A DNA stretch of 64,000 bases from Deltaproteobacteria bacterium (GTDB lineage: Bacteria > UBA10199 > GCA-002796325 > JACPFF01), in NCBI GenBank assembly GCA_016210045.1, contig JACQUX010000019.1:4102-68101 (forward strand), read 5' to 3'. Shown here one piece after another: positions 17,497 through 28,081 of the stretch (its first letter is position 1; every line of letters begins with the position of its first letter). The position numbers and the translations under genes were made by a program. The notes under the pieces were generated by a model, which was given only the letters and a program-made list of their open reading frames with translations, ran no database searches and was not told where the DNA came from.

Positions 17497-19605
17497 CTAC
17501 ACATTCTCCAACGGGCCGTTGTAGTCGATGGCTTCTTTGCGCGAGAGGCGGATCTTGCCGCTCTTGCCGTCGATCTCGAGGACCTTCACTACCAACTCAT
17601 CCCCCTCTTTCAACACCTCCGACACTTCCTTGATCCGCTTCTCGGAAATTTGCGAGATATGCAGCAGGCCATCGGTGCCCGGCAGGATTTCGATGAACGC
17701 ACCGAACTCGACAATCTTTTGCACGATGCCGCGATAGAACTTGCCAACTTCCGGCGTCGCCGTCACCGACTTCACCATCTTCATCGCGCGCTCGCCCGCG
17801 TCTTGATCCACGGCGGCGATCCGCACCGTGCCGTCTTCTTCTACGTCGATCTTCGCCCCCGTCTGTTCCTGGATGCTGCGGATCATCTTGCCGCCCGGGC
17901 CGATCAGCGCGCCGATCTTTTCTTTGTCGATCTGCACGGTGCAAATCTTCGGCGCGTAGGTCGAGAGTTCCGGCCGCGGTGCGGCGAGGACCTTGTTCAT
18001 TTCGCCGAGGATATGCAGTCGGGCCTGCCGCGCTTGCGCCAGCGCCTCGCGCAGGATGGTTTCGGTCAGTCCGGCGATCTTGATGTCCATTTGCAGCGCG
18101 GTCACGCCGTATTGGGTGCCTGCAACTTTGAAGTCCATATCGCCGAGATGGTCTTCGTCGCCGAGGATGTCGGAGAGAATTGCATAGCGGCCTTGCTCTA
18201 AGATCAGGCCCATCGCGACGCCGGCGACCGGCGCCTTCACCGGCACGCCGCCGTCCATCAACGCGAGGCTGGCGCCGCAGACCGTGGCCATCGAGGAAGA
18301 GCCGTTCGATTCGAGGACTTCCGAAACGACGCGGATCGTGTACGGAAATGCGTCTTCCGTGGGGAGGATCGCTTTCACCGCACGTTCCGCCAACGCGCCG
18401 TGGCCGATTTCACGGCGGCTGGGGCTGCGCAATGGCTTGGTTTCACCGACGCAAAACGGCGGAAAATTATAGTGGAGCATGAAGCGTTTGAAATATTCGC
18501 CGGTGATGTTGTCGATGAGCTGTTGATCGTCCGACGTGCCGAGCGTGGTCGTGGCCAACGCTTGGGTCTCGCCGCGGGTAAAGAGCGCGGAGCCGTGGGT
18601 CCGTGGCAGCAAACCAACGCCGATGCTGATCGGGCGGACGTCCGTGGTGGTCCGGCCGTCGATCCGGCGCCCCTCTTGCAAGATCATTTGGCGCATTTGC
18701 GTGCTCTTCAGCCCTTCGTACGCCGCATCGACTTGTTGTGCGAGTCCGGTAGTGTCGTCGGTCGGGACCAAAGCCGTCTTCAGTTCGGTGGCGATCTGGC
18801 CGAGTCGTTCATAGCGCGTCTGCTTGTTAGCGATCGTCAGCGCCTCTTTCACTTTGCCTTGGGCCGTGGTCCGGACTTGATCGGTCAACGCGGCCGTCGT
18901 GGTATCTTCAGTGACCGCCCACTTCGGCTTGCCGCATTGCCGTTGCAGATCTTCTTGCAGATCGAGCAACACTTGCATTTGCTGATGCGCGAACAAAATG
19001 GCGCGGAGCATTTCTTCTTCCGGCACCTCTTTCGCGCCGCCTTCGACCATGACGATCGCGTCGCGGCTCCCGGCCACAATCAGGTCGAGGTCGCTCTCCG
19101 CCATTTGCGACGGCGTCGGGTTGCAGATCAGTTGGCCGTTAATGCGTCCAACACTTACGCCGGCAATGGGGCCCAAGAACGGGATCGGCGAGAGGAGTAG
19201 CGCCGCCGAGGTGCCGGTCATCGCTAAGATGTCGGCGTCGTTTTCGGCGTCGCATGAAAGGACGGTCGCCATGATCTGGATGTCTTTGTGCCACGATTCC
19301 GGGAACAACGGCCGGATGGGGCGATCGATGAAACGGCTGGTCAGGATTTCTTGTTCGGTCGGCCGCCCTTCCCGCTTGAAGAAACCGCCGGGGATCTTGC
19401 CGGCCGCGAACGTCTTTTCGATGTAGTCGACCGTCAGCGGCAGGAAGTCGCAACCGACGCGTGGCGTTTCCTTGCCGCACGCGGTGACAAGCACGATGGT
19501 GTCGCCGTAACGAACGGTGACCGCGCCATGGGCCTGTTTGGCCATCAGGCCGGTTTCGATGGTGAGCGGGCGCCCCGCAAAGGTCGTTTCGACTCGGTAC
19601 GTCAT
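17497..19605 (-). CDS. pnp: Polynucleotide phosphorylase
   Basis: 702 aa; two RNase PH domains, KH and S1 C-terminal domains; conserved throughout. Confidence 0.95.
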   Translation of the reverse strand: MTYRVETTFAGRPLTIETGLMAKQAHGAVTVRYGDTIVLVTACGKETPRVGCDFLPLTVDYIEKTFAAGKIPGGFFKREGRPTEQEILTSRFIDRPIRPLFPESWHKDIQIMATVLSCDAENDADILAMTGTSAALLLSPIPFLGPIAGVSVGRINGQLICNPTPSQMAESDLDLIVAGSRDAIVMVEGGAKEVPEEEMLRAILFAHQQMQVLLDLQEDLQRQCGKPKWAVTEDTTTAALTDQVRTTAQGKVKEALTIANKQTRYERLGQIATELKTALVPTDDTTGLAQQVDAAYEGLKSTQMRQMILQEGRRIDGRTTTDVRPISIGVGLLPRTHGSALFTRGETQALATTTLGTSDDQQLIDNITGEYFKRFMLHYNFPPFCVGETKPLRSPSRREIGHGALAERAVKAILPTEDAFPYTIRVVSEVLESNGSSSMATVCGASLALMDGGVPVKAPVAGVAMGLILEQGRYAILSDILGDEDHLGDMDFKVAGTQYGVTALQMDIKIAGLTETILREALAQARQARLHILGEMNKVLAAPRPELSTYAPKICTVQIDKEKIGALIGPGGKMIRSIQEQTGAKIDVEEDGTVRIAAVDQDAGERAMKMVKSVTATPEVGKFYRGIVQKIVEFGAFIEILPGTDGLLHISQISEKRIKEVSEVLKEGDELVVKVLEIDGKSGKIRLSRKEAIDYNGPLENV

Positions 19606-19824
19606 AATGTTCTCCTAGTTTGAGTACACTTGCAGTCGCGCGGCATCGTGACGAGATACACCCGTACCCCACTGACGCCATCGCACGACGCGAAATGGTC
19701 TTGCTTCATTTGAGTATGACTTCAGAAGTGGCTGCTGCGGAAATGGCCTGATAACTTTATTGACCGGCGGCACTAGCCAAGCCACCGTCGACCAACAAAA
19801 TTATCAGCGCACGCACCGAAACAA

Positions 19825-20094
19825 CTACTTCCGAAGGCCTAATGCTCCCAACACCCGCTGATACCGCTCCCGACTTGTTTGGCGGAGATAGCTCAACAAC
19901 TTGCGTCGCTGCCCGACGATTTTGAGAAGGCCGTGGCGCGAGCCGTGGTCCTTTTTATGTTTTTCAAAATGGGCGTTTAGTTGGCTGATCCGTCCCGAAA
20001 GGATGGCGATTTGGATCTCCGGCGAGCCGGTGTCGCTGGGATGGGTGCGAAATTTGCTGATCAACTCCTGCTTTTTTTCCATATGTTCGCTCAC
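19825..20094 (-). CDS. rpsO: 30S ribosomal protein S15
   Basis: 89 aa, canonical S15 sequence (GSPEIQIAILSGRISQLNAHF...). Confidence 0.95.
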   Translation of the reverse strand: MSEHMEKKQELISKFRTHPSDTGSPEIQIAILSGRISQLNAHFEKHKKDHGSRHGLLKIVGQRRKLLSYLRQTSRERYQRVLGALGLRK

Positions 20095-20129
20095 AGTGGG
20101 GCCCCGCTAACACGCCCCTTCATGGGTTG

Positions 20130-21122
20130 TCAAGAAGCAGCCCTATTTGCTCGCTTCTGTAAGGCCTCGGCTACGCTCTTGAGGATGGTGTCCCGCGCCG
20201 TTGCCATCGGTCCCGACAGCATGCAACCGGCCGCGTGTTCATGCCCTCCGCCGTCGTATTTCGCGGCGATGACCGCGACGTCGACTTCGCGCTTGGAACG
20301 GAGACTGGCCTTCCAGCGTCCGTCCGGCAGTTCTCGCAGCAATATGGCCACTTCAACACCCGCAATCGAGCGCGGGTAATTCACAAAATCTTCCGCATAT
20401 TCGGGGAGCGCTTCGGCCTCCCGCAACATGTCTTGGCTTAAAAGGATCGTGGCCACGCGCCCTTGCACACTCAGTTCCAAGGTCTCTAAGGTCAGACGGA
20501 GCAAATGGAGCACCGCCGGGTGGTGTTGTTCAGTCAGCGCGGAGGCGACTTGCCATGGGTCAGCCCCGCGCGCCACCAATTCGGCCGCTAATTGAAAGAC
20601 GGCCGGCGTCGCGTTCGAGTAGCGGAATTGGCCGGTGTCTACCACCAACGTGCAATACAACAGCGTCGCGAGTTCCGGCGTGGTCGGGACCCGCATCCGT
20701 TGCAGCAGATGGTAGACGATCTCGCCGGTGGCCGCCGCACGCGGTTCAATGCAATGGGTCTCGACGTGTTCGCCGGAGGAGACGTGATGATCGACAATAA
20801 ACAGCGGGAGGCGCTTCGCCAACTCTGCGATCGGTTCTCCGGCCCGATCCGGTCGGTTGCAATCGGCCAAGATGACGGCATCGATCCCGACGCTCTCGCC
20901 CAGCGAACGCACGACGCGGTCGGCATAGGGGAGAAAACGGAGATTGGCCGGAACGCCGTCGGCATTAAAGACCGTGACTCGTTTGCCGCAGTGGATCAGT
21001 CCGAGCCCGAGCGCTAACGAGGCCCCGATGGCGTCGCCATCTGGACGGATGTGAGAGGCGATGCAGTAATGCTGATGGCGACTGAAAAAAGCGGTCGCGC
21101 GCGCCAGCGCGGTTTCGGTCAT
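20130..21122 (-). CDS. DHH-family phosphoesterase (NrnA-like nanoRNase/pAp phosphatase)
   Basis: DHH motifs (HIRPDGDAIGASLAL, DHH, GGGH C-terminal DHHA1). Confidence 0.8.
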   Translation of the reverse strand: MTETALARATAFFSRHQHYCIASHIRPDGDAIGASLALGLGLIHCGKRVTVFNADGVPANLRFLPYADRVVRSLGESVGIDAVILADCNRPDRAGEPIAELAKRLPLFIVDHHVSSGEHVETHCIEPRAAATGEIVYHLLQRMRVPTTPELATLLYCTLVVDTGQFRYSNATPAVFQLAAELVARGADPWQVASALTEQHHPAVLHLLRLTLETLELSVQGRVATILLSQDMLREAEALPEYAEDFVNYPRSIAGVEVAILLRELPDGRWKASLRSKREVDVAVIAAKYDGGGHEHAAGCMLSGPMATARDTILKSVAEALQKRANRAAS

Positions 21123-21499
21123 GATTCATCCTGTTCGGCCGGGGAGTCGATTTGGAGTTCACGGAGTAAATCGTTAATCCGTTCGCCGTGCTCGATGGCG
21201 TCGTCGAAGTGAAACTTGAGCTCCGGGGTAAACTTCAGCGCGATCTGTTCGTTGATGGCGTGTTTCATCAGGCCGGCCGCGTGTTCCAGCGCACGTTGGC
21301 ACTCGTGGATCGCCGCTTCCGGTCCGCGTAAAAAATAATGGATCCGCGCCAAACGCAAGTCCCGCGCCACTTTCACGCGGGTAATCTGCAAACCGACTAA
21401 GCGCGGATCGCTGAAGCGTTCATGGCAGAGCTGCGCGACGATCTGCCGAATTTGTTCCGCAACGCGTGACGCGCGGTCGAATGGACGATGTGGCTGCAT
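21119..21499 (-). CDS. rbfA: Ribosome-binding factor A
   Basis: RVAEQIRQIVAQL...LVGLQITRVKVARDLRLARIHY, canonical RbfA; 4-nt overlap with the downstream gene. Confidence 0.9.
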   Translation of the reverse strand: MQPHRPFDRASRVAEQIRQIVAQLCHERFSDPRLVGLQITRVKVARDLRLARIHYFLRGPEAAIHECQRALEHAAGLMKHAINEQIALKFTPELKFHFDDAIEHGERINDLLRELQIDSPAEQDES

Positions 21500-21520
21500 C
21501 TGGGTGTGCGCTCTCCCTGC

Positions 21521-24115
21521 CTATAACACTGCGGCGGTTTCTTCCACTTGGAAGGACTCGATCACGTCGCCCGGTTTCAGGTCTTGGAATCCCTCCAGCC
21601 CGATCCCGCACTCTTGCCCGTTCGTCACTTCGCGGGCGTCGTCTTTGAAGCGCTTCAGCGAGGCGAGGCGTCCGGTGAAGATCACCACGGAATCGCGCAA
21701 TAGTCGCGCCTTCGCGGAACGATTGATCAGTCCATCCGCCACTTGGCAGCCCGCAATGGTGCCGATCTTCGAGACTTGGAAGATTTGGCGCACGTCGGCC
21801 CGGCCCAAGATTTTTTCGGTGCGTGTCGGTTCCAACAACCCGGCCATGGCCTTCCGCACGTCGTCGATCAGTTCATAGATGATGCTGTATTGTTTGATCT
21901 CGATTTGCTCGCTTTGGGCCAACCGCCGCGCCTTCCCATCCGGCACCACGTTGAAGCCGATCACGAGCGCACGCGAGGCCGAGGCCAACAACACATCGCC
22001 TTCGGTGATCCCGCCAACCGCACGATGCAGGACTTCCACCGTGACTTTTTCGGTGCCGCTGCGTTCCAGCGCTGCGACGACGGCCTCGACGGAGCCTTGC
22101 ACGTCGCCCTTCACAATCACGCGCAGCACTTTGGCCTGATCGGCGGCCGTTTGTTTAAAGAGATCTTCCAGGCTCGCGCGACCCGATTTAGCCAATTGGC
22201 TTTCGCGCTGCTTCCGCGTTCGGGTCTCGATCACGACCTTGGCCGCGCGTTCATCCGCGGCCTCGACGAGTGGATCCCCCGCCACCGGCACGGCATCCAG
22301 CCCTAAGACTTCGGCGGCACAGCCAGGACCTACGGAGTCGATCGGCTCACCCCGTGGATTCACTAACGCCCGTACTCGTCCCGACGCGGTGCCACACACC
22401 ACAGTCGCCGCGCGCCGCAACGTCCCGGACTGTACCAAGATCGTCGCGACCGGACCTCGACCGCGATCGAGCCGCGCCTCGATGACGCGGCCTTCCGCCA
22501 TCCCGGCGGGATCGGCGCGCAGTTGGAGCACTTCCGCTTGCAACAGGATCATTTCCAACAGTTGATCGATGCCTTGCCGACTCTTGGCGGAGGTCGGGAC
22601 CAAAATCGCGTCGCCGCCCCAATCTTCCGCCACCACGCCGTGTTCCGAAAGTTCCCGTTTGACACGGTCCGGATTCGCATCGGCCTTATCCATTTTATTC
22701 ACGGCCACGATGATTGGCACGCCTGCCGCCTTCGCGTGATTGATCGCCTCGATGGTCTGCGGCATCACGCCGTCGTCTGCTGCGACGACAAGAACGACTA
22801 AGTCAGTCACTTGAGCCCCGCGCGCACGCAGCGCGGTAAATGCCTCGTGACCCGGGGTGTCGAGGAACGTAATGAGTCCCTTAGAGGTCTGGACCTGCGA
22901 GGCCCCGATATGTTGGGTGATCCCGCCCGCCTCCCCGCCGGCGACGTCGGTCGCCCGAATCGCGTCCAGCAGACTAGTCTTACCGTGATCTACGTGGCCC
23001 ATCACGGTGACGATCGGGGCGCGGATCGGGAGGATTGTCCCCACCGAAGCCACCGGAGCCACCACTTTCCCCTTGAGCAGCGCCGCTTCATTGATTGCCG
23101 TGCGTTCCACTTCGTAGCCATGTTCTTGCGCTAACAACGTGGCGGTGTCGGGATCGATGTTTTGGTTGATCGTCACCATCGTGCCGAGTTGCATGAGTTG
23201 GCGGAGCAACTCCGACGCCTTCACTCCCATGGCTTGAGACAGTGCGCTGACGGAAATCGCCTCTTCGATTTTAATAACTTTTTTCTCTGATTTAATCTGC
23301 GTAATTTGCGTTTTCTTAAAGTCTTTCCGGAGCGTCTTTTTCCGCTTCAACCCGGTGGGACGAAACACCCGTTCCATTGGATGGGGTTGGGAATATCGGG
23401 GGGCCATGACTGGCGGCAATGGTGTCGTGACCGGGAGCACGAGCGGCACTTTGACCGGCACGGCGACCGGCGTCGCAGGAACTACGGGCTCTGCCGTCGG
23501 AGCTGCAGTAACGGTCTCTGCCTCTGCGGCTACCACTGGCACCTCGGCACCTTCTTCCAACGGCGCTTCAACCGCCGCTTCGCCGCCGGCTTCGGCATTG
23601 ACAGAGACTTCATCGACGAAGCGGAACAAACCACCCGCTTTGCGGATGTCTTCCGTCTCCCATTCGGCGCGACTCTTCTTCCGACGTAACGGCTTCCGTA
23701 ACCGGGCCTCGATTTCGGCCTTGGTCTCGGGCCGGGGCGCCCCCGGAGTGCCGGGACGTGCGACCATCCCAGGACGCTGGGCGCCGGGGCCGGTCAGCGG
23801 GATCTTGCTGAGCAGCGATTTGGCTGCGGTCGTCGCTGGCGTAGTTACGGCCGTGCTTTGCACCGCGCCCGCTGGTGGGGCGACTGCCGCTGCGGCGCTG
23901 GTCGCCGTCGTTGGCGGCGACATTTCAGTGCCTGCTGTCGCTGTGGCGCCCTGGGCCTCCGCCGCAACCGCAGCGGGGGGTTCCGGCGCGGGTGGCGGCT
24001 CGGTGACGACGCGGGCACGGCGACGAATGACCGTCGCGGCAACCCGTTTCTCGACCACCTCGGTCCGCTCACCACCCCCGACTGGAGGGGTTTCACTGTG
24101 CGTAGATAATGTCAT
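21521..24115 (-). CDS. infB: Translation initiation factor IF-2
   Basis: 864 aa; Ala/Pro-rich N-terminus; G-domain (GHVDHGKTSLLD, DTPGHEAF, NKMD); C-terminal beta-barrels. Confidence 0.95.
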   Translation of the reverse strand: MTLSTHSETPPVGGGERTEVVEKRVAATVIRRRARVVTEPPPAPEPPAAVAAEAQGATATAGTEMSPPTTATSAAAAVAPPAGAVQSTAVTTPATTAAKSLLSKIPLTGPGAQRPGMVARPGTPGAPRPETKAEIEARLRKPLRRKKSRAEWETEDIRKAGGLFRFVDEVSVNAEAGGEAAVEAPLEEGAEVPVVAAEAETVTAAPTAEPVVPATPVAVPVKVPLVLPVTTPLPPVMAPRYSQPHPMERVFRPTGLKRKKTLRKDFKKTQITQIKSEKKVIKIEEAISVSALSQAMGVKASELLRQLMQLGTMVTINQNIDPDTATLLAQEHGYEVERTAINEAALLKGKVVAPVASVGTILPIRAPIVTVMGHVDHGKTSLLDAIRATDVAGGEAGGITQHIGASQVQTSKGLITFLDTPGHEAFTALRARGAQVTDLVVLVVAADDGVMPQTIEAINHAKAAGVPIIVAVNKMDKADANPDRVKRELSEHGVVAEDWGGDAILVPTSAKSRQGIDQLLEMILLQAEVLQLRADPAGMAEGRVIEARLDRGRGPVATILVQSGTLRRAATVVCGTASGRVRALVNPRGEPIDSVGPGCAAEVLGLDAVPVAGDPLVEAADERAAKVVIETRTRKQRESQLAKSGRASLEDLFKQTAADQAKVLRVIVKGDVQGSVEAVVAALERSGTEKVTVEVLHRAVGGITEGDVLLASASRALVIGFNVVPDGKARRLAQSEQIEIKQYSIIYELIDDVRKAMAGLLEPTRTEKILGRADVRQIFQVSKIGTIAGCQVADGLINRSAKARLLRDSVVIFTGRLASLKRFKDDAREVTNGQECGIGLEGFQDLKPGDVIESFQVEETAAVL

Positions 24116-25566
24116 TGCATGGCCTCGCTCTGCTCAGGCACTGCGGCAGCAGCGGCTTCTGCCTCGGCTGCGGCTGCGGCAGCAGCCGCTTCAGCGGCGC
24201 GCGCCGCCTGTTCCTCTGCCGCCACTTGTGCGAGCAGCGTCTCGGTCCTGAGACCACTCTCGATCGTTTGTTTCGCCTTGTTAAAGAATCCACGCAAGAG
24301 TTCCGTCGACATCCCGGGAAGTTCGATGAATTCATCTTCACCGGCCGCCAAGATATCTTCCAATGTGCGATAGCCGTGGCTGTACAAAATCAGCGAGGTT
24401 GGATCGTCGACTTCGAGCACGCGGCTCAGGACTTTGCGGTGACGACTGGCCAGCTCTTCCACCTTCGATTCGCTGAGCACGTCGATGTTCCATCCGGTCA
24501 GTTGCGCGGCCAAACGAACGTTTTGCCCGCGCCGCCCAATGGCCAACGAGAGCTGATCGTCCGGGACCACGACTTCCATCGAGTGGTCTTTTTCCCGAAT
24601 GATCACTTTCACCACTTCCGCCGGGGCCACGGCATTGCAGACAAAACGCGCCGGATCTTCGTCCCATTGCACGATGTCGATCTTTTCGCCGCGCAGTTCC
24701 TGCACCACGTTTTGCACTCGCGAGCCTTTCATTCCAACACACGCGCCGACCGGATCGACATCCGAATCTTTGGAATAGACGCCAATTTTGGTGCGAACGC
24801 CGGCCTCGCGTGCGACCGTTTTAATTTGCACGATATCTTCCGCGATCTCTGGAACTTCCATTTCAAAGAGTTTCACTACGAGTTGCGGATGACGGCGGGA
24901 CAGCACCACTTGCGGACCGCGCCCTTCCCGATTCAGCGTCATGAAGTAGCCTTGCACCCGTTCGCCTGGCTGCGAGCGTTCTCCCGGGATTTGTTCCGTT
25001 CGCGGGATAATCGCTTCAGTCCGACCTAAGTCGACGACGATGTCGCCGCGCTCCACGCGCCGCACAATTCCAGTGACGATCTCGCCGACGCGGTCTTGGA
25101 ATTCCTCGCAGACGATGTCGCGTTCGGCATCGCGCATCTTGGAGATAATGACTTGCTTCGCGGCCTGTGCGGCAATGCGCCCGAAGACCTTTGGATCCAT
25201 TTTGACGCCGATGCTGTCGCCGATTTGGGCCTCGGCGTCCAGCGGAGCGGCCTCGGTCGGCGTCATTTCGCGGTACGCGTCTTGGACGATCTCGACGACG
25301 GTCTTAAATTGGAAGAGTTCGATTTCGTTGGTCTCGCGATTGTAGTGGGCCTCGAGTTCGCCTAAGTGTCCCCACTTTTTGCGCGCAGCACTTAAAAACG
25401 CGGCCTCGATGGCCTCGATCAGGCGATCTTTCGGGATTCGGCGATCGCGACTGACTTGTTCCAGGATGCGGTCCATTTCCTGAAACATCGGCGGTTCAGC
25501 CGGTGCCTTCTTGCTTTTCTTGGTTGTCTTTGCGGTCTTCGTTTTCTTTGCCGTTGCTGTTGCCAC
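24112..25566 (-). CDS. nusA: Transcription termination/antitermination factor NusA
   Basis: S1, KH1/KH2 and Ala/Glu-rich C-terminal tail; 4-nt overlap with infB. Confidence 0.95.
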   Translation of the reverse strand: MATATAKKTKTAKTTKKSKKAPAEPPMFQEMDRILEQVSRDRRIPKDRLIEAIEAAFLSAARKKWGHLGELEAHYNRETNEIELFQFKTVVEIVQDAYREMTPTEAAPLDAEAQIGDSIGVKMDPKVFGRIAAQAAKQVIISKMRDAERDIVCEEFQDRVGEIVTGIVRRVERGDIVVDLGRTEAIIPRTEQIPGERSQPGERVQGYFMTLNREGRGPQVVLSRRHPQLVVKLFEMEVPEIAEDIVQIKTVAREAGVRTKIGVYSKDSDVDPVGACVGMKGSRVQNVVQELRGEKIDIVQWDEDPARFVCNAVAPAEVVKVIIREKDHSMEVVVPDDQLSLAIGRRGQNVRLAAQLTGWNIDVLSESKVEELASRHRKVLSRVLEVDDPTSLILYSHGYRTLEDILAAGEDEFIELPGMSTELLRGFFNKAKQTIESGLRTETLLAQVAAEEQAARAAEAAAAAAAAEAEAAAAAVPEQSEAMQ

Positions 25567-25580
25567 AATACCACTCCTTG

Positions 25581-26096
25581 TTAATTCACCACTTTTTCGG
25601 CTCGGCGTTTTCCGATCACAATCGGGTCTGCCAAATTAGTTCGTGCGACGACGGCCAGCGGGATGCGTTGCAGACCGGTTTCGCAGGCGAGCAAAATTTC
25701 ATCGGCACTTAATCCCTGCAACGTCCCCTTCCAGTGATTGCGGCCCGCAAACGGTTCCCGCGTCCGCACTTCGATGGTGTGACCCGCAAAGCGTTCATAA
25801 TCGGCGCGTTGCTTCAGCGGACGGTCGGGGCCCGGCGAGGAGATCTCGAGGTCGTAGGCCACAGGGATCTGCACGTCGACATCAAAGACACCAGAAAGCG
25901 CTCGCGAGATCCGCGCACAATCGTCGATTGTGACGCCGGCTTCAGCAGCGGATCCGGAGAGTCGATCGATCCGGAGTTGCACCGTCCAGCGACGCGGGCC
26001 TAGGACGATTTTGACGTCGACCAACTCACACCCAAACTGCGCCACCACCGGCGTTGCGACCCGTTCGATGGAGGTCACCCACTCTGCCCGATCCAT
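25581..26096 (-). CDS. rimP: Ribosome maturation factor RimP
   Basis: VAQFGCELVDVK...LEISSPGPDRPL RimP signature. Start taken at MDRAEW. Confidence 0.8.
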   Translation of the reverse strand: MDRAEWVTSIERVATPVVAQFGCELVDVKIVLGPRRWTVQLRIDRLSGSAAEAGVTIDDCARISRALSGVFDVDVQIPVAYDLEISSPGPDRPLKQRADYERFAGHTIEVRTREPFAGRNHWKGTLQGLSADEILLACETGLQRIPLAVVARTNLADPIVIGKRRAEKVVN

Positions 26097-26255
26097 AAAG
26101 GAGCGCCAAAAAAAAGTGGGCGTAACTGCCGCCCACGGATACATCCATAGGAACTGGCGGCGTTTAACCATATCGGCTCCCCTATTGGCAAGGCAATTTT
26201 GGGGGCGGGGCTACGGACGTTGCCACCAGCCACCGTTTGCGATATCCCACGTGCG

Positions 26256-26966
26256 ATGCGTATCGCCGCTGTCGGATTTATGAATGCGTGGCCGTTGACC
26301 GTCGGACTGCCGTGGGCGGTCACGCCGCTGCTCCCGGCTGCGATGACGCGCGCGCATCTCCGTGACTGCGATCTCGTCCTGGCCCCGGTGATCGCGGTGG
26401 CTGGGGATCCGGCTTGGGAGCTGCTCCCGGAGGCACCGGCGATCGGTTGTCGTGGCGCGGTCCAAAGTGTTCGGCTCGATATCGCTGCGGGACACGATGT
26501 GACGACGCTGCGGCATGTGGCGTTGAGTCCGGAGTCGCAGACGTCGAATATGTTGGCGCAGGTCCTGCTGACAGGACGGTGGCAACGGCCCAACGGCTCG
26601 GTGCACTATGCAACAGCGCTCCCCAACGCCGATGCGACGGTGATCATCGGCGATCGGGCGTTAATGACGCCGCCCCCGCCGCAATCAATCGATCTCGGCG
26701 CGGCGTGGTATGAGTGGACTGGGCTTCCGTTCGTGTTCGCGGCCTGGTTCCGACGCAGCGGCGCGGCACTCGTCTCGGGACTGGAAGCGCAGTTATGCGC
26801 GGTCCGCGACCACAATCTCGCCGATCTCGATCCACTGCTGCGCGCCCAAGGCCTGGCCCCGGACGGGTATCGCGACTACTTGACCCGGCGTCTGCATTAC
26901 GGTTTCGGCCCCACCGAACAAGCGGGATTGGCGCATTTCCTGACGTTGGCGGCGCGTCTGCTTTAG
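26256..26966 (+). CDS. MqnA/MqnD-family protein (futalosine-pathway menaquinone biosynthesis; chorismate dehydratase-like)
   Basis: N-terminal RIAAVGFMNAWPL and C-terminal LGAAWYEWTGLPFVFAAWF match MqnA/MqnD family signatures. Confidence 0.6.
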   Translation: MRIAAVGFMNAWPLTVGLPWAVTPLLPAAMTRAHLRDCDLVLAPVIAVAGDPAWELLPEAPAIGCRGAVQSVRLDIAAGHDVTTLRHVALSPESQTSNMLAQVLLTGRWQRPNGSVHYATALPNADATVIIGDRALMTPPPPQSIDLGAAWYEWTGLPFVFAAWFRRSGAALVSGLEAQLCAVRDHNLADLDPLLRAQGLAPDGYRDYLTRRLHYGFGPTEQAGLAHFLTLAARLL

Positions 26967-27097
26967 GCCCGCGAACGTCGATGGCGGATGGAACGCAACA
27001 CGTCTTTGCGTTCCGAAGTGCAGCATAATGCGATTGCCCTGGACGCCGCGCCCTACTATGTTCGTGCGTAGGCTTGTGGAGTCCCACGGGAGGGCCG

Positions 27098-28081
27098 ATG
27101 CGATTTCCCTTCATCAGTAGTGGTTTGATGGTCTCGCTCCTCTTCACGTCCAACGTCGCTCGCACCACCACGCACATTTCCGCGCAGTGGCGGTGGCCGA
27201 GTACCCGGGAGTTGTTCGAGCGGCCCGTTATTGTCATCGCCACGGTCAGGTCCGGCGGCACCTATTCGGCGGTCGTGCATGTGGATCAGTGGGTCCGCGG
27301 CAAGACGAAGCGGACCATCACGGTCACCGCATTCAACGATCGGTTCCAGTCGGCGTCCGGGGTCCGCCATGGTGCCTTCTATAACGGCGAACAATACCTG
27401 TTATTTCTCAATCCATCGACGAAGACCCACCCGAAGACGCAGGAGGTCCTGGCGGGCGATTACTCGCGCGTCAACCGTTTTTTGGTGCCGGCCCCGTTCG
27501 CTGGGCATTTCCGGGTCTACCCGGCGACGATTGTCGGTTCGTTAATTGACCACAGTGCCGATCGCGCCTTCCCGACGGATGAGCTGCTCGATATGGTGCG
27601 CCTCGCGGTCGTGCCGCCGGACCCCGCACGCCCGGCCGCTGAAAAATATGGGCGCTTTCTTTCGGTGTTGCGGAGTGTGGGCGAGCAAAAGAAGGCCGAC
27701 GCAGCCATGGAAGCCCGCCAACATCTGGGATTGGCGCTGCTGGCGTTACACGGCTCGAGCGCAGACGTCGCCTTGCTGGAGCCCTTCTTGAACCACCCAA
27801 ATCCGGCAATGCGGAGGGAGGCCGTCAGGACAGTGCAGCTTCTCCCCTATCCGCAGGCCGACCATTTATTGGCCCGCTTTCTCTTCAACGATACGCCTGA
27901 CATCGTGTCGGAAGCGGCGTATGTGCTGGGACGGCGCGGCAACGTCCAGGCCCTCCCCGATCTCCAACGCGCGTTACGACACGCGGACCGCTTTCAGACC
28001 CCACTACAGCGCTCCATTGCCGACGCGATCAAAAAACTCCAGGCACGGCGCACGACCGATCATGGATCAACACCGCAGTAA
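27098..28081 (+). CDS. Secreted HEAT/PBS-lyase-repeat protein, hypothetical
   Basis: Signal-like N-terminus; C-terminal repeats (HPNPAMRREAVRTVQLL..., NDTPDIVSEAAYVLGRRG...ALPDLQRAL) of HEAT-like type. Confidence 0.55.
   Translation: MRFPFISSGLMVSLLFTSNVARTTTHISAQWRWPSTRELFERPVIVIATVRSGGTYSAVVHVDQWVRGKTKRTITVTAFNDRFQSASGVRHGAFYNGEQYLLFLNPSTKTHPKTQEVLAGDYSRVNRFLVPAPFAGHFRVYPATIVGSLIDHSADRAFPTDELLDMVRLAVVPPDPARPAAEKYGRFLSVLRSVGEQKKADAAMEARQHLGLALLALHGSSADVALLEPFLNHPNPAMRREAVRTVQLLPYPQADHLLARFLFNDTPDIVSEAAYVLGRRGNVQALPDLQRALRHADRFQTPLQRSIADAIKKLQARRTTDHGSTPQ

Noticed and set aside
18400-19200. Plus-strand ORFs of 266 aa and others antisense to pnp, lysC (10126-11439), M48/TlpA (49347-50276), rpoA (50972-51874), infB/nusA (21743-25029)
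   Set aside because: They overlap well-supported conserved genes on the opposite strand; their composition is typical of GC-rich antisense frames.
19606-19824. tRNA or other RNA gene in the pnp-rpsO spacer and the other larger spacers
   Set aside because: No GTTCGAATC-type T-arm or cloverleaf-compatible sequence seen. This is more likely the pnp leader with an RNase III hairpin. No tRNA or rRNA was identified anywhere in the window.
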